64,000 bases of DNA from an uncultured virus (IMG/VR IMGVR_UViG_3300035424_000304) (Duplodnaviria; Heunggongvirae; Uroviricota; Caudoviricetes), in IMG/VR virus record IMGVR_UViG_3300035424_000304. One strand, given 5' to 3'. Position numbers and translations under genes: made by a program. Positions within the stretch are counted from its first letter, which is position 1; each line of letters begins with the position of its first letter. Below are positions 58,264 to 64,000 of the stretch, piece after piece. Below the pieces are notes generated by a model. It made no database searches. It saw only the letters and a list, made by a program, of their open reading frames with translations, and was not told the DNA's origin.

Positions 58264-60588
58264 ATGACTACCACTATTAAAACCCTGCGCAAGAGAGACG
58301 GACGCGACGTCGCCTTTGACCCCAAGAAAATCGCCAATGCCATTAACAAAGCGTTTACCGCCACTGGCTTTGCTGATATGGAGAAGACGTCGGAAGCTTT
58401 GACCCAAATGGTCATCAATGTTATTGAGGCGGAAGGCGTAGCGACTCCCGAAGTGGAGCACATCCAGGACATCGTAGAAAAAGTCCTGATGGAGGAGGAC
58501 TTCACCAAAACCGCCAAAGCGTACATCCTTTACCGCAACGAGCGCAGCAAGGCCCGCGAGATGAACACCCGGCTCATGAAGACTTATGAGGAGATCACCT
58601 TCTCCGATTCCATTGAGTCTGACGTCAAGCGGGAGAATGCCAACATAAACGGCGATACTGCTATGGGATCCATGCTCAAGTATGGCAGCGAGGGGTCCAA
58701 GCAGTTCTACCAGATGTTCGTTTTGAAGCCTGAACACGCTAAGGCACACCAGCAGGGCGACATCCACATCCACGATTTGGACTTCTACACCCTGACTACG
58801 ACCTGTACCCAGATCGACATCAAGAAGCTGTTCAAGGGCGGCTTCTCCACCGGGCACGGCTTCCTGCGGGAGCCCAACGATATCGCCTCCTATTCCGCCC
58901 TGGCATGTATTGCCATTCAGTCCAATCAGAATGACCAGCACGGCGGGCAGGCCATCGTCAACTTCGACTACGGCATGGCGGACGGCGTAAAGAAGACCTT
59001 CTGCAAGTTGTACACGCAGAATCTGGCGAAGATTCTGGCAATCTGGACTCAGGACGAGGATCTGGAAGAGGACCTGAAGGCCCTGCGGAAGCAAATTGAA
59101 GCCGAAACAGGGATCTATCCCCGGCTGGGCGACTCTCAGCCCTATATAAAAGAGGAATTGTCGCGCTTGGCAGGCCGCTACAACACAGAGCTGATTGTGG
59201 ATGCACAACAGATGTCTCTGCGTTATGCCGAGAAGGAAACCGACCGGGCCACCTTCCAGGCCATGGAGGCATTCATCCACAATCTGAACACAATGCACAG
59301 TCGAGCCGGCGCTCAGACCCCCTTCTCTTCCATCAACTACGGCATGGATACCTCTCCGGAAGGCCGTATGGTCATGCGGAATCTGCTGCTGACCACCGAG
59401 GATGGTCTGGGTAACGGCGAAACCCCCATCTTCCCTATTCAGATTTTCCGGGTGAAGGAGGGTGTCAATTTTAACCCCAGCGATCCCAACTATGATCTTT
59501 TCAAGCTGGCCTGCCGGTGCAGCGCAAAGCGGCTGTTCCCCAATTTCGCTTTTGTTGATGCGCCGTTCAACCTCCAGTATTATGACCCCAAGCGTCCGGA
59601 AACGGAGATCGCTTACATGGGCTGCCGCACCCGCGTTATTGGCAATGTTAACGATCCCTCCAGGGAGCAGTGCAACCAGCGGGGCAATCTCAGTTTCACT
59701 TCCATCAATCTTCCCCGGCTCGCTATTGAGGCGAAGGGCGACCTGAACGCCTTTTATGAGGGGTTGGATAAGATGATGAATCTCTGCATCGATCAGTTGA
59801 AGGAGAGATTTGAGATCCAGTGCCGGAAGCATGTCTACAATTACCCCTTCCTCATGGGGCAGGGCGTATGGCTGGACAGCGAGAAGCTGAACTGGAACGA
59901 CGAGGTGCGTGAAGTCCTCAAGCACGGCACTTTGTCTGTCGGCTTCATCGGCCTGGCAGAGACCTTGGTTGCCTTGACCGGCAAGCATCACGCAGAGGAT
60001 TCCGATTCACAGCGCCTTGGCCTGGAGATCATTGGACGGATGAGAGCAAGAATGGAGGAGGAATGTGCAAAAACCGGACTGAACTTCTCCTTGCTGGCAA
60101 CCCCCGCCGAGGGTCTGTCTGGGCGTTTTGTCAAGATTGACAGGAAGAACTATGGCGTTATTCCCGGGGTCACTGACAAGGAGTATTACACCAACAGCTT
60201 CCATGTTCCTGTTTACTACCCCATCAGCGCCTACGACAAGATTCAGCTGGAGGCCCCCTACCACGCTCTGACAAACGCTGGACACATCAGCTACATTGAG
60301 ATGGATGGCGACCCCATGAAGAATTTGGACGCCTTCGAGAAGGTAGTCAGATGCATGAAGGAGGCCGGTATCGGCTACGGAGCCATCAACCACCCTGTCG
60401 ACCGCGATCCTTGCTGCGGGTATTCCGGCGTCATTGATGACGTCTGCCCGAAGTGTGGACGGCACGAGAGTGACAGGGGTCCGAAGTTTGAGCGCATCCG
60501 CAGAATCACCGGTTACCTGGTCGGCACTATGGACCGTTGGAACAACGCCAAAACCGCCGAAGAGTCTGACCGTGTGAAGCACGTTTAA
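58264..60588 (+). CDS. nrdD: anaerobic (class III) ribonucleoside-triphosphate reductase with ATP cone
   Basis: KRDGR..FD..KI ATP cone; GDIHIHDLD, YMGCRT, GNLSFTSINLPR, ATPAEG, YYTNS, RRITGYL glycyl-radical loop. Confidence 0.95.
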   Translation: MTTTIKTLRKRDGRDVAFDPKKIANAINKAFTATGFADMEKTSEALTQMVINVIEAEGVATPEVEHIQDIVEKVLMEEDFTKTAKAYILYRNERSKAREMNTRLMKTYEEITFSDSIESDVKRENANINGDTAMGSMLKYGSEGSKQFYQMFVLKPEHAKAHQQGDIHIHDLDFYTLTTTCTQIDIKKLFKGGFSTGHGFLREPNDIASYSALACIAIQSNQNDQHGGQAIVNFDYGMADGVKKTFCKLYTQNLAKILAIWTQDEDLEEDLKALRKQIEAETGIYPRLGDSQPYIKEELSRLAGRYNTELIVDAQQMSLRYAEKETDRATFQAMEAFIHNLNTMHSRAGAQTPFSSINYGMDTSPEGRMVMRNLLLTTEDGLGNGETPIFPIQIFRVKEGVNFNPSDPNYDLFKLACRCSAKRLFPNFAFVDAPFNLQYYDPKRPETEIAYMGCRTRVIGNVNDPSREQCNQRGNLSFTSINLPRLAIEAKGDLNAFYEGLDKMMNLCIDQLKERFEIQCRKHVYNYPFLMGQGVWLDSEKLNWNDEVREVLKHGTLSVGFIGLAETLVALTGKHHAEDSDSQRLGLEIIGRMRARMEEECAKTGLNFSLLATPAEGLSGRFVKIDRKNYGVIPGVTDKEYYTNSFHVPVYYPISAYDKIQLEAPYHALTNAGHISYIEMDGDPMKNLDAFEKVVRCMKEAGIGYGAINHPVDRDPCCGYSGVIDDVCPKCGRHESDRGPKFERIRRITGYLVGTMDRWNNAKTAEESDRVKHV

Positions 60589-60599
60589 CCTTATAAGGC

Positions 60600-60641
60600 A
60601 GAGACGGGAGAGCGAATTTTTCGCCTCCCGCCTCTTTTTTT
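60600..60641 (+). terminator. intrinsic terminator
   Basis: AGAGACGGGAG..CTCCCGCCTCT followed by T-run. Confidence 0.65.
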
Positions 60642-60892
60642 GATAATTTCCACACAAAATTTGTTTCTTTTTTTAGAGGAAATCATACATCGGAACAAAA
60701 AGTCTCTAAGATTTTAATTATTCTTTTCGGAATTTTTTCGATATTTTTCAATAAAAGTGCATATTTTATAATTTCCGTAGTTGTCCCGCCGGACATCCAA
60801 ATTGTTGACACGAAGAAAGAAATGATTTACTATTTTTATTGAAAGTTTTTTTGATTTTTAACCGGACAAGCATATAGAAAGGAGGCGGCTAT

Positions 60893-61975
60893 GTGAAAGA
60901 AAGCAGAGAAGAAAGAGCCAGAAGATTTGAGGAGAGAATCAACGAACAATTTGATGATGTTGAGATAATCCCCTCCTATGCAGACCGTGGGATCTCCCTC
61001 ATTCCAGAGAAAGAATTGGTTGGTGCATATTGTCGCGTCTCCACTATGCAGGAAGCACAGGTAGACAGCTTCATTATGCAGAAGAAATATTATGAAGACT
61101 ATGTAAAACAGAGAGAAGGCTGGGATCTGATTGAAATCTATGCAGATGAAGGAATTTCCGCAACAAGCATCAAACGCAGAAAAGATTTTATTCGGATGCT
61201 AGACGATTGTAAGGCCGGCAGAATTACAAGAATCATCACAAAGTCCGTTTCCCGTTTTGGACGGAATGTGGTGGATACGATTGCAACCGTCCGAAGTCTC
61301 AGGAACCTCCCTACCCCTGTTGGTGTGTTTTTTGAAACGGAGAGAATTGACACTTTAAGAAGAGAAAGCGACATGCAGCTCTCCCTGCTGGCATCGTTTG
61401 CTGAGTCGGAATCAGTGACAAAGTCTGAGAGTATAAAATGGGGTATCCGCAATCGATTTGCAAGGAAAATCCCACGCATAGTTGATTTGTATGGCTTTGA
61501 CCGAGATGGACTTGCTCTAACGATTAACCCAAATGAAGGCCCCATTGTTGCTCAGATGTACAAGATGCTTTTCGACGGATATTCCCCCTCCCAGATTGCA
61601 AAGCATCTAACCAGTTTGGAAATTCCTACCCCTGCAAAAATCGGAGACCGCTGGTTCCCTTCATCCGTCAAGTATATCCTTACAAATGAGCGAAATTGCG
61701 GCGATATCCTCATTCACAAAACTGTTACCGTAGACATTTTTACGCATAAGACCATCAAAAATACAGGGCAGGAACGTTCCTATCGCCTGAAAAATTACCA
61801 TCAAGGAATTGTTTCCTATGATGAGTGGTTGTACGCCTGCGTCATCCTTGGTGAACTCCCTTTTGATACAATTCATCCTAAGGATGCTCCAGATTTTCTT
61901 ATTGATGGAGTAGTCTATAAACAAATCGATATATCCGGCGCAAGGCTGCTGGATGAAGCACATGAAAGGATGTGA
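60893..61975 (+). CDS. serine recombinase (resolvase + recombinase domains)
   Basis: AYCRVST, YADEGISAT, TKSVSRFGRN, YGFD, ILTNERNCGD; sigmaA-like TTGACA-N17-TACTAT upstream. Confidence 0.9.
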   Translation: MKESREERARRFEERINEQFDDVEIIPSYADRGISLIPEKELVGAYCRVSTMQEAQVDSFIMQKKYYEDYVKQREGWDLIEIYADEGISATSIKRRKDFIRMLDDCKAGRITRIITKSVSRFGRNVVDTIATVRSLRNLPTPVGVFFETERIDTLRRESDMQLSLLASFAESESVTKSESIKWGIRNRFARKIPRIVDLYGFDRDGLALTINPNEGPIVAQMYKMLFDGYSPSQIAKHLTSLEIPTPAKIGDRWFPSSVKYILTNERNCGDILIHKTVTVDIFTHKTIKNTGQERSYRLKNYHQGIVSYDEWLYACVILGELPFDTIHPKDAPDFLIDGVVYKQIDISGARLLDEAHERM

Positions 61976-62564
61976 TTCTATCAATTATAATACGCCATTT
62001 TCTTTTGAAAATTTTAAAGTTATACCTCCCCCAACTTATGAAGTGTCTTTTTCCGAGATAAAAATTTCATCAAAAGCATTGTTTTTTAGTGCAACGACTG
62101 TATCCGAGCTTAGCTACGCTCAAGACATTGCAATCTTCTTCAGTGCCAATGATCGAATTTTGGTAATAACCCCCAGCGAAAAATCGGAATATACCAGCTC
62201 CTTTTTTGATCCAACTCAAACCAAGCGGAACGTCACCCTCATACACGAGAAACTCACTTCTGCCATTCGCTCAATAATGGAGTGGCCTGCCCGAAAAGGC
62301 ACCTACCGTATTCCTGGCGTCCGTGTGCCTAACTCCACTCAAACCCTACTCTGCTTTGACCTTAATCATGCCTCATGCGCAAAAAAGACAACAAAAAAAA
62401 TCGACCCAATAGCATTTCTTTCTGCTTGTCCTACTTTGCAGGATTTGAACCGCCCACATAGCAACTATATTCCATATGCATTACCCGCAAGCGCTTCTAT
62501 TCCCACAGATGATGAAAAACAGGATTCTGCGGTCACTATTATTGACATGAACGCCGCTTCGTGA
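61953..62564 (+). CDS. hypothetical protein coupled to the recombinase
   Basis: 203-aa ORF; start uncertain. Confidence 0.55.
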   Translation: MKHMKGCDSINYNTPFSFENFKVIPPPTYEVSFSEIKISSKALFFSATTVSELSYAQDIAIFFSANDRILVITPSEKSEYTSSFFDPTQTKRNVTLIHEKLTSAIRSIMEWPARKGTYRIPGVRVPNSTQTLLCFDLNHASCAKKTTKKIDPIAFLSACPTLQDLNRPHSNYIPYALPASASIPTDDEKQDSAVTIIDMNAAS

Positions 62565-62578
62565 AAGAGAAGGTGCTG

Positions 62579-63355
62579 ATGGGACGGAAATCCATACATT
62601 ATCGTAATCCTTACCAATCAGAATTTGTTCAGAAATTAGATAGTCTTTGTACAATCAAGAGTCTCTGGCAGGTCTGGTCAGACTTTGTTGCAATGGCCTC
62701 CCTGTCCATTGCAAACGCATTAGACCGCACAAGTAAAACTCATGATGTCAGAGAAGAAGAATATCTTGCTATTACGAGGGGCTATTCAACAGGGGAATTG
62801 ACAACTTTTGCTGAACTGCTATCAATATTAGTTTTGGCTCTGGAAGAAAATCCGGAGCAGGATTTTCTGGGCGAACTATTTAGTAGCCTAAACCTGATGA
62901 GCCACTGGAAGGGTCAATTTTTTACTCCGTACCACATAGGACGATTGATGTCAACAATTGGCATTGAACAGTGCAAGGAGGGCATCCTGGAAAACGGGTG
63001 GACAAGCATCACTGACCCATGTTGTGGTGCTGGCTCGCTACTGATTGCCATGCGAAATGAAATGGTCAGACAAGGATTTAATTCTCAACAGGCACTGTAT
63101 GTGGCACAGGACATCGACCGGACAACAGCAATGATGTGCTTTCTCCAGTTGTCTTTGCTGGGCTGTGCCGGATACGTGGTGGTGGGTAACTCCCTCACCC
63201 ACCCCGTTGTCTCTTCCACAGGGTCCCCACTCTTAATCGCCCCGTTGGAGGATCAGGAAGTCTGGATCATGCCAGCTTTATATGATAAAATATGGCACTG
63301 CAGAATGCAGTTTGAAAAACTCCGGTTACTCATTGAAGGGGAAACCCGCCGCTGA
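62579..63355 (+). CDS. N-6 DNA methylase-like protein
   Basis: DFLGELF, KGQFFTPY, DPCCGAG, QDID, GNSL; no NPPY motif seen. Confidence 0.75.
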   Translation: MGRKSIHYRNPYQSEFVQKLDSLCTIKSLWQVWSDFVAMASLSIANALDRTSKTHDVREEEYLAITRGYSTGELTTFAELLSILVLALEENPEQDFLGELFSSLNLMSHWKGQFFTPYHIGRLMSTIGIEQCKEGILENGWTSITDPCCGAGSLLIAMRNEMVRQGFNSQQALYVAQDIDRTTAMMCFLQLSLLGCAGYVVVGNSLTHPVVSSTGSPLLIAPLEDQEVWIMPALYDKIWHCRMQFEKLRLLIEGETRR

Positions 63356-63523
63356 ACACGGTTTAGTAGAGCATGAAACGCTGTCCTGTTTATCGCTCCC
63401 TTTCAAACCTGGTTGATTTGTCTCAGTGCATCTGGCAGGTCTGCAAACTATCAAAAGCAGAACTACATTATCTTACCTGATGCAAGTTACCTTTGGAATT
63501 AAGGAGAGGTAGGACGGTTAGAA

Positions 63524-63988
63524 ATGAGTAAAAAACAGATGTTTAGTAAAAAATTTGAACAGGACATAACAGGAACTGTCGAGATGACGGAGATCGATGG
63601 AATCGAGGAAGATGCCGTCCTTTGTTTCACTGACATTGGTAAGTTTGGAATGCCTGCCAGCGAAAAGGAAGTTAAAACCTGCTATGGGGATCTGTACGTA
63701 ATCATCAATGTCCTTAGAGATTATGCCAATATTCTGGAGCGGTTAATTTCGGAATGGAATCTAACAGGATATCGGTCTGGCTACTATGAAATGCATGCCA
63801 TCAGATGTCGAAAAATCGCCGATAAGTATTCTGCTGCTATTGGCTATGATTATGATAAAGCTTTAGAGCGATGCCAAAAGCGGCGAGCGAAAGAAGGAAC
63901 ATCAAGGAAAACTGGCATGGATGGAATTGAAGCCCTGCTTCGAAGAGATAGCTCTTCCTCTGTCCAGGCAGAAAATAGAGACAAATAG
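63524..63988 (+). CDS. hypothetical protein
   Basis: 154-aa ORF. Confidence 0.55.
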   Translation: MSKKQMFSKKFEQDITGTVEMTEIDGIEEDAVLCFTDIGKFGMPASEKEVKTCYGDLYVIINVLRDYANILERLISEWNLTGYRSGYYEMHAIRCRKIADKYSAAIGYDYDKALERCQKRRAKEGTSRKTGMDGIEALLRRDSSSSVQAENRDK

Positions 63989-64000
63989 GGAGTCTGTTTG

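Overview
This 64-kb window looks like part of a large accessory or extrachromosomal element from a gut Clostridia-type Firmicute. The host is inferred from gene content, and no ribosomal, virion or conjugation genes are visible. It encodes a 3429-aa thioester/SpaA-repeat adhesin, a frameshifted GH3 + fibro-slime LPXTG protein, tandem SpoVG, an ImmA/IrrE-sigma factor module, RtcB, YhaM, a GyrB/GyrA-type topoisomerase, class III RNR (nrdD), a serine recombinase and several IS200/IS605 (TnpB) elements and remnants. The best candidate for an undescribed system is a 9-tRNA operon (Trp, Asn x2, Asp x2, His, Met, Gln-CUG, Ser-UGA). It is preceded by a sigmaA promoter, a 42-aa leader peptide with 14 consecutive codons for exactly those seven amino acids, an anti-terminator segment and an intrinsic terminator, which suggests a ribosome-sensing attenuator that would induce spare tRNAs when those tRNAs run short. 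Other highlights: about 26 copies of a fixed-spacing sigmaE-like promoter motif (ATA-N16-CATA) and a tandem two-VR DGR-type target gene with no RT in the window. All calls come from reading motifs by eye; no database search or folding program was run.
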